A DNA stretch of 64,000 nucleotides from an uncultured archaeon (GCA_964584335.1 CAZOZN010000002.1:200025-264024); one strand, 5' to 3'. Numbered from the stretch's first letter, positions 8,306 through 19,571 are shown. Translations and numbers: made by a program. Notes: generated by a model not told the origin, from the sequence alone.

Positions 8306-10255
8306 GTGGTTGAAATTTTTGTAATTTTTTGTTGTCTTATGGGATTTTTGTTTGTTTTGTTTTTGTATAGAAAACTTAATGGATTTGAAAAAGGCAACAA
8401 AAGAATGGTGGAAATATCTGACTATGTTCATAACGGTGCAAAAACATTTCTAAAGGAAGAGTACAAATCGCTCCTGATATTCGTCTTTATTTTTTCTGTA
8501 ATACTTTACTTTCTTGACTTTCGTTTATCACTGTCTTTTATATTGGGTTCATTTTTTTCTGCGCTGGCAGGAAATATAGGAATGAGAATGTCCACCTCTT
8601 CTAACACGAAGACTGCATACGCTGCAAGGAAAAGCCTTAAAAAATCTTTGAGGGTTGCTTTCTCATCTGGTTCTATAATGGGCATGACCACAGTGAGTCT
8701 GGGACTAATAGGCATTAGTTTGCTTTATATGGTTTTTGGAGATCCTAACGTAATTTATGGTTATGCTTTTGGTGCTTCCATGGTTGCATTGTTTGCCAGA
8801 GTTGGTGGCGGGATATATACCAAGGCTGCTGACATAGGTGCTGATACAGTAGGCAAGCTAGAAAAAAACATGCCCGAGGACGACCCCAGAAACCCTGCCG
8901 TTATAGCTGACCAAGTGGGAGATAACGTGGGTGATGTTGCTGGAATGGGTTCAGACCTTTTTGAGAGCTACGTCGATGCGATTATAGCGACAATGGTAAT
9001 GGGAGTTTCTATAATAGGTTTTGGCGACTTTGTCTTAATACCCTTATTGATATCCGGTATAGGTATTTTATCCTCTATAATCAGTTATTTTCTTATATAC
9101 CTGAACCTTGAAGGAGGCGTGGAAAACATGCTTGACAGGTGTGTTTATGGTTCTACTATTTTAACTGCATTGTTTTCCTTCCTGATAGTGGACTATCTTG
9201 CTGTTGGTATGCATATTTTTTATTCTATATTCACAGGACTTTTGCTGGGTTTGATAATAGGCAAATCCAGCGAGTACTATACATCAATGGATAGAAGTCC
9301 TACCATAAACATAGCTAAAGAAAGTCGCGCCGGTGCTGCCACCAATATAATATCAGGTCTTGCCACGGGAATGGAAAGTAATATAGTTCCGGTCATATCG
9401 ATAGGCGCGGCGATGGTAATTAGCTACGGCTTCGCCGGAATTTATGGAATAGGCCTTGCCGCAGTTGGCATGTTTGCTAATCTGGGTACGACTCTCTCTA
9501 TAGATTCCTACGGTCCCACAGTTGATAATGCGGAAGGCATAGCAAAGATGGGTAAGTTAAGCAAGGTCGCAAGGAAAAGATGCGAAGAATTGGATGCTGT
9601 TGGCAACACCACGGCTGCTGTAGGCAAAGGATTTGCGATAGGTTCTGCAGCTCTTGCTTCACTCGCATTGTTTTCTTCTTACATAGAGGCAACCAATCTT
9701 AGTGTCATAAGTCTTGTTTCGCCTAAGGTTATAGCCGCTCTTTTCTTGGGAGGTCTTTTGCCGTTTTTGTTTTCTTCAATGACAATGAGGTCTGTAGGAA
9801 AGACGGCATCGAAGATAGTTCATGAATCAAGAAGGCAGCTGGAAGACAAGAAGATATTTTCTGGAAAGAAAAAACCAAATTACCAGAGATGCATAAAGAT
9901 AAGCAGTGATGCTGCAATCCAGGAAATGATTTTACCAGGAGTTCTTGCGATAGGTGCTCCTGTTGCTACGGGATTGATTTTGGGGGTGGAGGCTTTGGGA
10001 GGTCTTTTGGCGGGAACAATCACTACAGGCTTGTTGCTTGCTATAATGATGGCCAATGCCGGCGGTGCATGGGATAACGCAAAGAAATATGTTGAACAGG
10101 GGCATCTCGGTGGAGAAGGTTCTGAAGTTCACAAGGCCACAATAATCGGGGACACGATAGGTGACCCATTTAAAGATACTTGCGGCCCTTCTCTTGATAT
10201 ATTGTTAAAGTTGATGTCGATAGTTGCGATAGTTTTTATACCACTTTTTATATAA
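8306..10255 (+). CDS. hppA: Membrane-bound H+/Na+-translocating pyrophosphatase
   Basis: Polytopic membrane protein. It carries the signature motifs GGG(I)YTKAADIGADTVGK, DQVGDNVGDVAGMG and IGDTIGDP. It starts 1 nt after the porB stop. Confidence 0.9.
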   Translation: MVEIFVIFCCLMGFLFVLFLYRKLNGFEKGNKRMVEISDYVHNGAKTFLKEEYKSLLIFVFIFSVILYFLDFRLSLSFILGSFFSALAGNIGMRMSTSSNTKTAYAARKSLKKSLRVAFSSGSIMGMTTVSLGLIGISLLYMVFGDPNVIYGYAFGASMVALFARVGGGIYTKAADIGADTVGKLEKNMPEDDPRNPAVIADQVGDNVGDVAGMGSDLFESYVDAIIATMVMGVSIIGFGDFVLIPLLISGIGILSSIISYFLIYLNLEGGVENMLDRCVYGSTILTALFSFLIVDYLAVGMHIFYSIFTGLLLGLIIGKSSEYYTSMDRSPTINIAKESRAGAATNIISGLATGMESNIVPVISIGAAMVISYGFAGIYGIGLAAVGMFANLGTTLSIDSYGPTVDNAEGIAKMGKLSKVARKRCEELDAVGNTTAAVGKGFAIGSAALASLALFSSYIEATNLSVISLVSPKVIAALFLGGLLPFLFSSMTMRSVGKTASKIVHESRRQLEDKKIFSGKKKPNYQRCIKISSDAAIQEMILPGVLAIGAPVATGLILGVEALGGLLAGTITTGLLLAIMMANAGGAWDNAKKYVEQGHLGGEGSEVHKATIIGDTIGDPFKDTCGPSLDILLKLMSIVAIVFIPLFI

Positions 10256-10287
10256 TATTTTATAAAACAAAAACAGGGTGATAATTA

Positions 10288-12216
10288 ATGAGTAATTGGG
10301 TAGTTAAGGACGAAGAAAAGGATTTTTTTTGGCCGTCGGATGAGATGAAAAATAAGGCTAATGTTTCTGATTCTAATGTTTATGATGATGCACTTTCAGA
10401 CCAGATCGGGTTTTGGTCTGAAAAAGCAAAGGAGCTTGAATGGTTTAAAGAATGGGATAAAGATTATGAGGATAATCCTCCAAATTTCAAATGGTTTGTC
10501 AACGGAAAAACTAACATATGTTATAACGCGGTGGACAGGCATCTTAATGACAAGGGGGATAAAACTGCAATTATTTGGGTACCCGAAAACCAGGAAGAAA
10601 CCCCAAGAAAGATAACTTATAAAGAGCTTCATGAGGAAGTCTGCAAGTTTTCTAATGTTCTAAAAGATTTGGGTGTCGGTAAGGGAGACAGGGTAGGAAT
10701 ATACATGCCAATGGTACCCGAAGTACAGGTGGCTCTTCTTTCCTGTGCCAGACTGGGTGCTATACACACCGTTGTTTTCTCTGCATTTTCTTCCGAGTCT
10801 CTTAAGGAGAGGATGGAAGATTCGGATGCAAAAGTCTTGATAACAGCGGACGGTTATTACAGGAGAGGCAAGGAAATAGACCTAAAGAAAAAGGCAGACG
10901 AAGGAGTTGAAGGTACTGGTGTAGAAAAGGTTGTTGTTGTAAGGAGATTGAAGTCCGATGTAGATATGATGGAGGGAAGAGATTTTTTCTACGATGAAAT
11001 AATCAAAGACAGCAATTCATCATTTAATGCAGAACACATGGAAAGCAATAAAACTCTTTTCATATTATATACTTCCGGAACAACAGGCAAGCCGAAGGGG
11101 ATTGTGCATGATACCGGAGGCTACATGGTACAGGCTTACCTTACAACAAAATGGATTTTTGATTTGCAGGACGACGACGTGTTCTGGTGTACTGCAGATA
11201 TAGGATGGGTTACAGGACACACTTACTCATGTTACGGCCCTCTTCTTAACGGCGGAACAATGTTAACCTTTGAGGGTTCTCCGGATTATCCTGATTTGGG
11301 TGCCTGGTGGAAGATAATAGAGGAACATGGAGTTACGATTTTTTATACCTCACCCACCGCAGTAAGGATGTTTAAGAAAGGAGGGGTTGAATTTATAAAA
11401 AAATATGATTTGAACACCCTTAGAATTCTTGGAAGTGTGGGGGAACCTATAGACAAGGAGACGTGGCTCTGGTATTTCAAAGAAATAGGGGGAGAAAGAT
11501 GCCCCATACTTGATACATGGTGGCAAACCGAAACCGGCGGAATACTTATAACAGCACTTCCCGGTATAGGGCCGATAATACCGACTGTCGCAGGAAAACC
11601 TTTCCCAGGAGTAAGAATGGAAGTTGTTGATGAAGACGGAAAAAAGGTTGAAAAGGGGGAAGGTTTTGTAGTACAAAAGAAGCCTTTCGCTCCCGGTATG
11701 TTGAGAGGTGTTTACAAAAACCCGGAAAAATATCTCAGTACCTACTGGGAGAGGTATGGAAAAGATGTTTATTACCCCGCCGATGGCGCGATAATGATGG
11801 AGGGAGGCAACATAAAGATAACGGGCAGGTCCGACGATGTCATGAAGGTGGCCGGACACAGGATGTCCACGGCCGAGATGGAGGACGCAATAAACAGGAA
11901 CCCAAACGTGGCGGAGTGTGCGGTCGTTTCGAAACCGGATGAAATAAAGGGCGAAGTGCCTATAGCATTTGTTATATTGAAGAATAGTGAAGACCCGGAA
12001 AAAATGAGAAAGGAAATAAAGAAAACAACGGACGAGCACATAGGACCAATAGCGAGACCGAAGGAAATATACTTCGTGGAAGACGTTCCCAAAACACGTT
12101 CCGGTAAAATAATGAGAAGGATACTCAAGAGCATGCTTCGTGGTAGGGAACTGGGCAACCTCAGCACGCTAAAGAACCCGGAATCGGTAGAAAAAGTAAA
12201 GGATGTTATCGGTTAG
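10288..12216 (+). CDS. acs: Acetyl-CoA synthetase (AMP-forming acyl-CoA ligase)
   Basis: 642 aa. The AMP-binding motif is present as YTSGTTGKPKG. The hinge/core motifs are GYYRRGKEID...TGD. The C-terminal region matches ACS (PKTRSGKIMRR). Confidence 0.9.
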   Translation: MSNWVVKDEEKDFFWPSDEMKNKANVSDSNVYDDALSDQIGFWSEKAKELEWFKEWDKDYEDNPPNFKWFVNGKTNICYNAVDRHLNDKGDKTAIIWVPENQEETPRKITYKELHEEVCKFSNVLKDLGVGKGDRVGIYMPMVPEVQVALLSCARLGAIHTVVFSAFSSESLKERMEDSDAKVLITADGYYRRGKEIDLKKKADEGVEGTGVEKVVVVRRLKSDVDMMEGRDFFYDEIIKDSNSSFNAEHMESNKTLFILYTSGTTGKPKGIVHDTGGYMVQAYLTTKWIFDLQDDDVFWCTADIGWVTGHTYSCYGPLLNGGTMLTFEGSPDYPDLGAWWKIIEEHGVTIFYTSPTAVRMFKKGGVEFIKKYDLNTLRILGSVGEPIDKETWLWYFKEIGGERCPILDTWWQTETGGILITALPGIGPIIPTVAGKPFPGVRMEVVDEDGKKVEKGEGFVVQKKPFAPGMLRGVYKNPEKYLSTYWERYGKDVYYPADGAIMMEGGNIKITGRSDDVMKVAGHRMSTAEMEDAINRNPNVAECAVVSKPDEIKGEVPIAFVILKNSEDPEKMRKEIKKTTDEHIGPIARPKEIYFVEDVPKTRSGKIMRRILKSMLRGRELGNLSTLKNPESVEKVKDVIG

Positions 12217-13559
12217 TCTGATTTAGAATATTCATAGAGGACTTTCAATACCTCTACGCACCTTTTAGGGGATGTGAAGCAAGGCATCCCGCCCTCTTCC
12301 AGTTTCATTTTCAATTTTTCAGTATATTCTCCACCTGCAGATACTATTGAAGTTGTCTTTCTTCCTGATAGTTTCAATATTTTATCCACTACATCTTTTT
12401 TTAACAGGGGCGGCTGGAACAGGAAAACGAGCGCTATCATGTCAACCTTTTTGTCTCTTATTGCATCTTCGTAACAAGCCTCGTACATTTCTGAGGTAAC
12501 GTCTCCCGTAAGGTCTATTATATTTTCCATTGTTGCGTGCTTGGGTAATATTTTTCTTAGATTATTTTTGCTTTTTTTGCTGACTTTAGCAAGGCTCAAT
12601 CCGAATTTTTCTGCCCAGTCTGATGTCAGTACACCGAAACCACCAGCATCTGTTATTATTCTTAGTTTCCTGCCTTCTGGGAGTGGCTGGTTTGATATAG
12701 CTCTAGCAAGGTCAAACATCTGTTCCAAATCTTCCGCTTCAATTATTCCTGTCTGATTGAACACGCCGGAATATATTTTTGCGTTTCCTGCCAAAGCACC
12801 TGTGTGAGTTTTTGCCGATTTTCTGCCGCTTTCAGTTTTACCACCCTTGAGAACTATTACCGGCTTATTTATTTTTTTTGATACTTTGAAAAATTCTTTG
12901 CCGTCCTTCAATCCTTCTATGTATATACAAATTACTTTTGTTTCTTTATCCTCATCCAAATGTTTCATCAATTCAGTAACGTCTACATCTGTTGCATTAC
13001 CATAAGATATTGCCTTTGATATTTTGTATCCTTTCAGGGACATCCAGTCCAGTGTTATGCAAAGAGTTGCTCCGGATTGTGATATGAAACCAATGTTTCC
13101 CTTTTTTGGCCTTCCCATCCTTTCTTTTGGATTGAAGATGGTATCCAAACCGAAATAAGGGTTATAAACTCCCATGCAGTTGGGCCCTATTACTCTTAGG
13201 TTATATTTTTTGATTACTTTTTTCAATTCTTTCTCTCTTTTAATGTTTCCGGCTTCTTTGAAACCTGCTGAAACTACTATGCAGTTTTTTATTTTTTTCT
13301 CTCCGCATTCTTCAAGAACATCATAAACATATTTTGCAGGTATTGCCAGAACAGCCAGGTCCACTTTTTTGTTTATATCGCTGACTTTTCTGTAACAGTC
13401 AATGCCCATTATTTTTTTGGCCTTGGGGTTTACCGGATATATTTCGCCCTTGAAATTTTCTTTGAAATTGTTTAATATTACATTTCCTATCTTGCCTTTT
13501 TTTCTTGAAGCTCCTATTATGCAAACTGACTCCGGCCTAAAAAATTTGTCTAAGGTCAT
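12213..13559 (-). CDS. acdA: ADP-forming acetyl-CoA synthetase (NDP-forming acyl-CoA synthetase) alpha subunit
   Basis: N-terminal CoA-binding domain (SVCIIGASRKKGKIGNVILNN). A succinyl-CoA-synthetase-like flavodoxin domain contains a GPNCMGVYNP phosphohistidine-loop region. Size is 448 aa. Confidence 0.85.
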   Translation of the reverse strand: MTLDKFFRPESVCIIGASRKKGKIGNVILNNFKENFKGEIYPVNPKAKKIMGIDCYRKVSDINKKVDLAVLAIPAKYVYDVLEECGEKKIKNCIVVSAGFKEAGNIKREKELKKVIKKYNLRVIGPNCMGVYNPYFGLDTIFNPKERMGRPKKGNIGFISQSGATLCITLDWMSLKGYKISKAISYGNATDVDVTELMKHLDEDKETKVICIYIEGLKDGKEFFKVSKKINKPVIVLKGGKTESGRKSAKTHTGALAGNAKIYSGVFNQTGIIEAEDLEQMFDLARAISNQPLPEGRKLRIITDAGGFGVLTSDWAEKFGLSLAKVSKKSKNNLRKILPKHATMENIIDLTGDVTSEMYEACYEDAIRDKKVDMIALVFLFQPPLLKKDVVDKILKLSGRKTTSIVSAGGEYTEKLKMKLEEGGMPCFTSPKRCVEVLKVLYEYSKSD

Positions 13560-13638
13560 AATAATCTTTCGTGATTGTAATATAATAAATTTATGTAAAG
13601 TTTATAAAAGATGCAAATAAAATATTTTTAGTGTTCGC

Positions 13639-14619
13639 ATGAATTTGAGTGATATGGCGATTATTGCGTCTATTGTTGCTGGCCTGGCTTCTGTTCCATT
13701 TGTAGCATCAACAATTTCTAATGATTACGGTCCCATAGGCGATATAATTTTAAACATGAGTTCTGATGAAATACCCGGTGAACTTTCAAGAAAAATAAGT
13801 GATGACAGGTTCGAGCAAAATTATAAGACACCATTTGGAAGATTTAAAATAACTGTAATACCAACAGGAGTTTATCAGGAGCTTGTTAGGCCTGACAGAA
13901 AGATAATAATAGAAAATACTCCATATCATGATTCTTGGATTGTAATTACAAGCGACTACAAATTAGTTATAAATAAAACTAGTGGAATGAAGGTTGAGAG
14001 ATTTGAGAGCAAGGACGGTTTCATTGAAATAGTTGAATATATGGGCAACAGAGATGAAGTAATCAAGGGCAATGTTCAAGATTACGAAGATGCAAAGAAA
14101 ACACTAAAAGAGGAGCTGTCTAGAATTAATAAAATAAGAGAAAAATATATGAATATACCCGGCACTGAGAATATTACTTCATCGGATAAAGTAAAAATAA
14201 ATGAGGTATTGCCAAATCCGGATGATACACAAGATTGTAATGGTGATGGCAGTTTTACGGATTCTGGAGACGAGTTTATTGAATTGTATAACTATGGTGA
14301 TGAGGATATAGATTTATCCGGTTGGAAAATAAGTGATAATAATGATTTGACAATAGAAAGCGGAACTACGATAGAATCTGGTGATTTTGTTTATTTTGTT
14401 TCGGGTGACAAACAAGGCAATTATGGTAGTGAGTGGTCTGGTTCATGGCCTAATTTAAATAATGGCGGGGATGATTTGAAAATTTATAATAACAATGACT
14501 TACTCGTAGATGAAATAAATTATGCTTCCAGTACTGAAGGCAAATCATGGTCCAGAATACCTGATGGCAATGAGAGTTTTTGGGAAGTTGAACCAACACC
14601 CGGGTATACAAATAACTAG
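13639..14619 (+). CDS. Membrane-anchored/secreted lamin-tail-domain (LTD) protein
   Basis: N-terminal hydrophobic signal/anchor (IIASIVAGLASVPFVAS). The C-terminal region INEVLPNPDDTQDCNGDGSFTDSGDEFIELYNYGDEDIDLSGWKISDNN matches the LTD consensus (NE....P.....EF.ELyN.....dLsGw.l.d). Confidence 0.7.
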   Translation: MNLSDMAIIASIVAGLASVPFVASTISNDYGPIGDIILNMSSDEIPGELSRKISDDRFEQNYKTPFGRFKITVIPTGVYQELVRPDRKIIIENTPYHDSWIVITSDYKLVINKTSGMKVERFESKDGFIEIVEYMGNRDEVIKGNVQDYEDAKKTLKEELSRINKIREKYMNIPGTENITSSDKVKINEVLPNPDDTQDCNGDGSFTDSGDEFIELYNYGDEDIDLSGWKISDNNDLTIESGTTIESGDFVYFVSGDKQGNYGSEWSGSWPNLNNGGDDLKIYNNNDLLVDEINYASSTEGKSWSRIPDGNESFWEVEPTPGYTNN

Positions 14620-14843
14620 TCCAACTTTGAAATCAATTCTTCAAATTTTTTGTCTAATTTTATTTTAGTTCTTTTTGTCAGATTTTTATGAACCATGTAA
14701 GATGTTAAAACACCAACCATAATGTATAGATAAAGTAGAATTATTACAGTCCAGTAATTGAAAGGAAAAAATTGAAGAATAGCAGAACAAAGAGAAGCGA
14801 TAGAAACTCCTATAAAGAGTCCTATCTTTAAACTCTGTTTCAT
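14616..14843 (-). CDS. Small membrane protein (2 predicted TM)
   Basis: The internal start MKQSLKIGLFIGVSIASL... is used. The ORF-track start at 14948 would overlap the metK 3' end by 94 nt, so it was trimmed to the first Met downstream of the metK stop. Confidence 0.4.
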   Translation of the reverse strand: MKQSLKIGLFIGVSIASLCSAILQFFPFNYWTVIILLYLYIMVGVLTSYMVHKNLTKRTKIKLDKKFEELISKLD

Positions 14844-14854
14844 CTTGTCACCAT

Positions 14855-16009
14855 TTAGTATAATCCGGCTTCCTTTTTTAATTTTTCGGCAAGGTCTGTT
14901 TTTTCCCAAGTGAATTCGGGACCTTCCCTTCCGAAATGCCCGTAACAAGAAGTTTTTCTGTAAACTGGTTTCATCAGGTCAAGCTGTTTTATTATTCCGG
15001 AAGGCGTCAAATTGAAATGACTGTTTACTATTTCTGTTATTTTTTTATTCTCGATTTTTTCTGTGCCGAAAGTATCTATCATAACAGACGTTGGCTTGCG
15101 GCCTCCTATTGCATATGAAAGCTGTATTTCACATTTTTCACATATCCCGGATGCCACTAAATTTTTTGCTATATATCTTGCCATGTAGGCAGCTGACCTG
15201 TCAACCTTTGTGGGATCTTTTCCCGAAAAGGCACCGCCTCCATGTCCTCCTGTTCCGCCGTAAGTGTCCGCTATTATCTTTCTTCCAGTCATTCCTGCAT
15301 CTGCCACAGGACCGCCTATTACAAAACGTCCAGTGTTGTTTATGTAGTATTTCGTACTATCGTTGAGCCAGTTGCAGCATACAGGTTTTATTAGCTTTTC
15401 TTTTATGTCTTTCTTTATCCTTTCCGTTTTTACATCCGTGTCGTGTTGTGTGGCTACCACTACGGAAGTTATGTATTTTGGAATACCTCTTTCGTACTTT
15501 ACGCTTACCTGGGTTTTCCCGTCAGGCCTAAGGTATTTTATTTCACCGTTTTTTCTTAGCTCGGTAAGCTTTTTTGCCAATTTCTGCGCCAAAAGTATCG
15601 GCAGAGGCATAAATTCAGGTGTCTCATTTGTGGCATAACCACTCATCATTCCCTGGTCTCCCGCTCCGCTTTCCTGACCATCGACTCCCATTGCTATGTC
15701 AGCAGATTGTTCGTGTATGCTAGTGAGGACACCTACTGTGTTATAATCAAATCCGTATTCAGGTCTGTCGTATCCTATATCACTTATTACTTTTCTTGCA
15801 ATTTGGGAGTAGTTTATACTCGTGCGAGTACTTATTTCACCTGTTATTATTACGAAACCCATTCCTACCATGGCCTCGCATGCAACCCTTGATTCAGGGT
15901 CTTTCTTTATAATTTCATCCAGTATGGCATCAGATATCTGGTCACATACTTTGTCTGGATGACCTTCTGTCATAGCTTCTGAAGTGAAGACAAAATCACC
16001 TTTTTTCAT
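14855..16009 (-). CDS. metK: S-adenosylmethionine synthetase, bacterial/eukaryotic type
   Basis: [41 protein letters not shown] and the overall 384-aa architecture are diagnostic of the MetK family. This is not the archaeal MAT fold. Confidence 0.9.
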   Translation of the reverse strand: MKKGDFVFTSEAMTEGHPDKVCDQISDAILDEIIKKDPESRVACEAMVGMGFVIITGEISTRTSINYSQIARKVISDIGYDRPEYGFDYNTVGVLTSIHEQSADIAMGVDGQESGAGDQGMMSGYATNETPEFMPLPILLAQKLAKKLTELRKNGEIKYLRPDGKTQVSVKYERGIPKYITSVVVATQHDTDVKTERIKKDIKEKLIKPVCCNWLNDSTKYYINNTGRFVIGGPVADAGMTGRKIIADTYGGTGGHGGGAFSGKDPTKVDRSAAYMARYIAKNLVASGICEKCEIQLSYAIGGRKPTSVMIDTFGTEKIENKKITEIVNSHFNLTPSGIIKQLDLMKPVYRKTSCYGHFGREGPEFTWEKTDLAEKLKKEAGLY

Positions 16010-16635
16010 TTACAAACCACCTCTTTGTAGTATTTACAAATTTTCTTTAGCTGGCACTCATTGCATCTTGGACTTATTGGCCTGCATATTTCTTGACCAA
16101 ATCTTACAAGACCCAAATTTATAAGGAATCTTTTTTTGCCTTTTATCTTTTTTTCCAAGGTTTTCCTAACTTCTTCTACGTCAGCTTCTTTTCTTACAAT
16201 TCCCAGTCTTTTTGGTATTCTGTTCACATGAGTATCTACAGCTATTGTCGGTACCCCGAAACCGTATGAGAGCACTATGTCTGCGGTTTTGTACCCAACA
16301 CCAGGCAAACTCATCAATTCTTCTCTTGTCATAGGAACCCGTCCCTTATGGTCCTTCAAGATTATTTTTGATATTTCTTTTATCCTTTTTGCTTTTTGCC
16401 TGTACGGCCCGGAAGGCCTTATCAAATTTTCTATTTTTTTCAAAGGTAGCTTGCTTATGGTTCTCGGTGTTGAAGCTACTGAGAATAATCTCTTAGAGGC
16501 TCTTTCGGTGTTTTCGTCTCTGGTTCTCTGGGAGAGAACAGTTGATATCAAAAGCTTGAAATTATCCCCGTAGCCTATTTTTGGATAACCATATCTTTTT
16601 TCTAGGAAATTAATTATCTTGTCGATTTTTTCCAT
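16006..16635 (-). CDS. nth: Endonuclease III (HhH-GPD DNA glycosylase with 4Fe-4S cluster)
   Basis: HhH motif [13 protein letters not shown]. The C-terminal C-x6-C-x2-C-x5-C cluster reads [17 protein letters not shown]. Confidence 0.9.
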   Translation of the reverse strand: MEKIDKIINFLEKRYGYPKIGYGDNFKLLISTVLSQRTRDENTERASKRLFSVASTPRTISKLPLKKIENLIRPSGPYRQKAKRIKEISKIILKDHKGRVPMTREELMSLPGVGYKTADIVLSYGFGVPTIAVDTHVNRIPKRLGIVRKEADVEEVRKTLEKKIKGKKRFLINLGLVRFGQEICRPISPRCNECQLKKICKYYKEVVCK

Positions 16636-16742
16636 AGTTAATTTTTATGTAATTTCCTAATAAAAGAAAGATATTTATGGCTCTTTAGATAATATTATCT
16701 CGGGAAAAAAGTCACATGTTAAAATATAACAGTGTTATATAA

Positions 16743-19571
16743 GTGGTTAAAATGAAAGAAAAAAACAACAAAAAAGACGTATTTGATGTCCTGCACCCGA
16801 AGATAAAAAAGATAGCCAAATCTAGGTTTGGTGAGGCAACACAGGTACAGAACATAACAATACCACAAATATTAAAGGGAAAAAATGTCCTTACGATAGC
16901 AGGAACTGGCATGGGAAAGACCGAATCGGTAATGCTTCCTGTTTTTTCTTTTTGGCTAAAGGAAAAGCCAAAACCGATATCTGCTCTTTACATCTGTCCA
17001 CTACGTTCCCTTAATCGTGATATGTTCAAGAGGCTTCTTTGGTGGGGGAACAAAATAGACATGGACATTTCAGTCAGGCATGGAGACACAACCCAATATG
17101 AGAGAAGCAAGCAGTCTGAATTCCCACCCGATCTTTTGATATCAACCCCAGAAACTCTGCAGGCAATTTTACCTGGATCAAGAATGAAGGAAAATTTATC
17201 AAACGTAAAATGGGTAATAATAGATGAGATACACGAGCTAGTTTCTAGCAAGAGAGGCACCCAGTTAAGTGTTGCTCTTGAAAGATTAAGAAGAGTGTCC
17301 AAAGACTTTCAAATAATTGGTTTATCTGCTACTGTTGGTTCTCCCAGGAAAGTTGCCAATTTTCTTGGAAAAGATGTGAAAATATTATCTGCTTTAAGTT
17401 CTAAGGATTTTGACATAGAGGTTGTTTCACCTGAGCTGACCGAGGAAGACAAAAAAATAGGAGAGGAAATATTCCTTGGAAGTGAAGCGACTGCAAGATT
17501 GAGAAGAATAAGAGACTTGATTAAAGAAAAAAAATCACTCGTATTTACAAATACAAGAGAAGCATCGGAAGTGCTTTCTTCAAGGCTTAGAAGACTTGAA
17601 CATAAGGGCCATGGTATACACCACAGTTCTCTGAGCAAAGATGTCAGGGTGCAGGCTGAAGACAGATTTAAGAACGATGAATTGAATGCACTGATATGTA
17701 CTTCTTCTTTGGAACTTGGTATAGATATAGGCACAGTTGAGCAGGTTGTACAGTACATGAGCCCCAGGCAGGTCTCTAAACTCGTCCAGAGAGTTGGAAG
17801 AAGCGGTCATAGCATAGACAAAAAAAGCAAGGGGCTTATAATAGCGGCAGACCCTGACGACATACTTGAAGCAGGTGTTATAGCAAGAAAGGCTATGAAA
17901 GGAGAGCTGGAGAAGACCAAGTTCCATGAAATGGCTTTTGATGTTTTATCTCATCAAATAATAGGGCTTTCTCTTGATGAGTACGGGATAGACTGGAATA
18001 AGGCGTATGAACTGATAAGAAATGCATATCCTTACAGAAAGCTGGGAGAAGAAGATTTTTTCAGAGTACTAAAGTTTATGGAAAACCTTTGGTTGATTTA
18101 CCTTGATGAAGGTATAAAGAGAAAGAGAAAATCCTGGAAATATTATTACGAAAACCTTTCAACAATACCAAGTGTGTACAATTACAGAGTCATAGACAAT
18201 ATAGAAAACAGAGAAGTTGGGGTTTTAGACGAGGCTTTTGTGGCCGAGCATGGTGAGACCGGAACAACTTTCATAGTAAAGGGCAGCCCCTGGAGAATAA
18301 TATCCGTATACGGAGGCAATGTTTATGTCGAGCCTGTTAATGACATAACTTCTGGAGCCCCTGCTTGGGAAGGTGAGCTGATACCCGTGACTAGAGAGAT
18401 ATCGGAGGAGGTTGGTGATTTGAGATTTTTAATATCCGGCCTGATAAAAGAAAAAAAGAGTAAAAAAGATATTGAATCCGAAATAAAAAACAAGTATCCC
18501 TTATCCCCGGGGGCGTGCAAAAAAGTAGTAGATTATATTTCTAACCAATTAAAGGAAAAGAAACAGGTACCTGATAAAAATAATATTTTGATTGAAAAAG
18601 ACAAGGATTTTGTTGTAATTCATTCTTGCTTCGGTTCCCTTATAAACCAGACTTTGGGAAGATTCTTTTCTTCTCTACTTATTTCCGGCTTGGGTAAGAG
18701 CGTTGGTATAAAGACAGACCCTTACAGGATAATGATACAGGGAGTTGAAATAGACGATGTTCTAAAGGCTTTGGAAAATAACACCAAGGAAGATTTTGAA
18801 ATGATAATAAACAATACAATAGACAGGACCCGTGTTTTTAGATGGAGATTTATACACGTAGCAAAAAGGTTCGGTGCTGTAAGAAAGGATGCTAAGTGGG
18901 ATAAGATGAACATGACTAAGCTTGTTGATTCTTTCAGGAACAGTCCAGTATTTGATGAGACTGAAAGGGAAGTCTATAACGAGAAGCTGGATTTAGAAGG
19001 AGCAAAAGAAATATTTGAAAAGATAAAGGAAAAAGAAATAAATGTTTTTGTCGACAATACCGCCAAACTTTCTTCTATAGGAAAAGTTGGTGTGGAATTT
19101 AAATTCAGGGAACTTGTCGGACCCAAGAAACCGGAGAAGGAAATATTTTCTGTATTCAAACACAGGCTTCTGAACACCAGGGTAAGGCTTGTATGCATGA
19201 AGTGTGGTGAATTTTCTTCAACTAGGACAGTAAGGATGATAAAAAAAGACCCCGAATGTCCCGTTTGCGGGAGCAGGTTCATAACTGTTTTGAAGCCCCA
19301 TGAAAAGGAAAAAGAAAAGTTGATAAAGAAAAACGTATCAGAAAAGGAATTAAACGAGGAAGAAAGGAAGAAGATAGAGAGAATGGAAAATGCTGCAGAT
19401 TTGGTCCTTACATATGGTTCTAAAGTAATAACTGCTCTTGCAGGAAGAGGAGTAGGTCCTGATACGGCAATAAGGGTTCTTGCAAAGCAAAAGGAAAGCG
19501 AAGACGAATTCCTAAAAGATATACTGGAAGCGGAGAGAAACTTTGCTAAGAACAAGAGATACTGGAATTAG
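16743..19571 (+). CDS. lhr: Lhr-like large ATP-dependent DEAD/DEAH-box helicase with C-terminal zinc ribbon
   Basis: Walker A AGTGMGKT and DEAH-like DEIHE are present, followed by a helicase C domain. The C-terminal CMKCGEFS...CPVCGS is a 4-Cys ribbon. Size is 942 aa. Confidence 0.85.
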   Translation: MVKMKEKNNKKDVFDVLHPKIKKIAKSRFGEATQVQNITIPQILKGKNVLTIAGTGMGKTESVMLPVFSFWLKEKPKPISALYICPLRSLNRDMFKRLLWWGNKIDMDISVRHGDTTQYERSKQSEFPPDLLISTPETLQAILPGSRMKENLSNVKWVIIDEIHELVSSKRGTQLSVALERLRRVSKDFQIIGLSATVGSPRKVANFLGKDVKILSALSSKDFDIEVVSPELTEEDKKIGEEIFLGSEATARLRRIRDLIKEKKSLVFTNTREASEVLSSRLRRLEHKGHGIHHSSLSKDVRVQAEDRFKNDELNALICTSSLELGIDIGTVEQVVQYMSPRQVSKLVQRVGRSGHSIDKKSKGLIIAADPDDILEAGVIARKAMKGELEKTKFHEMAFDVLSHQIIGLSLDEYGIDWNKAYELIRNAYPYRKLGEEDFFRVLKFMENLWLIYLDEGIKRKRKSWKYYYENLSTIPSVYNYRVIDNIENREVGVLDEAFVAEHGETGTTFIVKGSPWRIISVYGGNVYVEPVNDITSGAPAWEGELIPVTREISEEVGDLRFLISGLIKEKKSKKDIESEIKNKYPLSPGACKKVVDYISNQLKEKKQVPDKNNILIEKDKDFVVIHSCFGSLINQTLGRFFSSLLISGLGKSVGIKTDPYRIMIQGVEIDDVLKALENNTKEDFEMIINNTIDRTRVFRWRFIHVAKRFGAVRKDAKWDKMNMTKLVDSFRNSPVFDETEREVYNEKLDLEGAKEIFEKIKEKEINVFVDNTAKLSSIGKVGVEFKFRELVGPKKPEKEIFSVFKHRLLNTRVRLVCMKCGEFSSTRTVRMIKKDPECPVCGSRFITVLKPHEKEKEKLIKKNVSEKELNEEERKKIERMENAADLVLTYGSKVITALAGRGVGPDTAIRVLAKQKESEDEFLKDILEAERNFAKNKRYWN

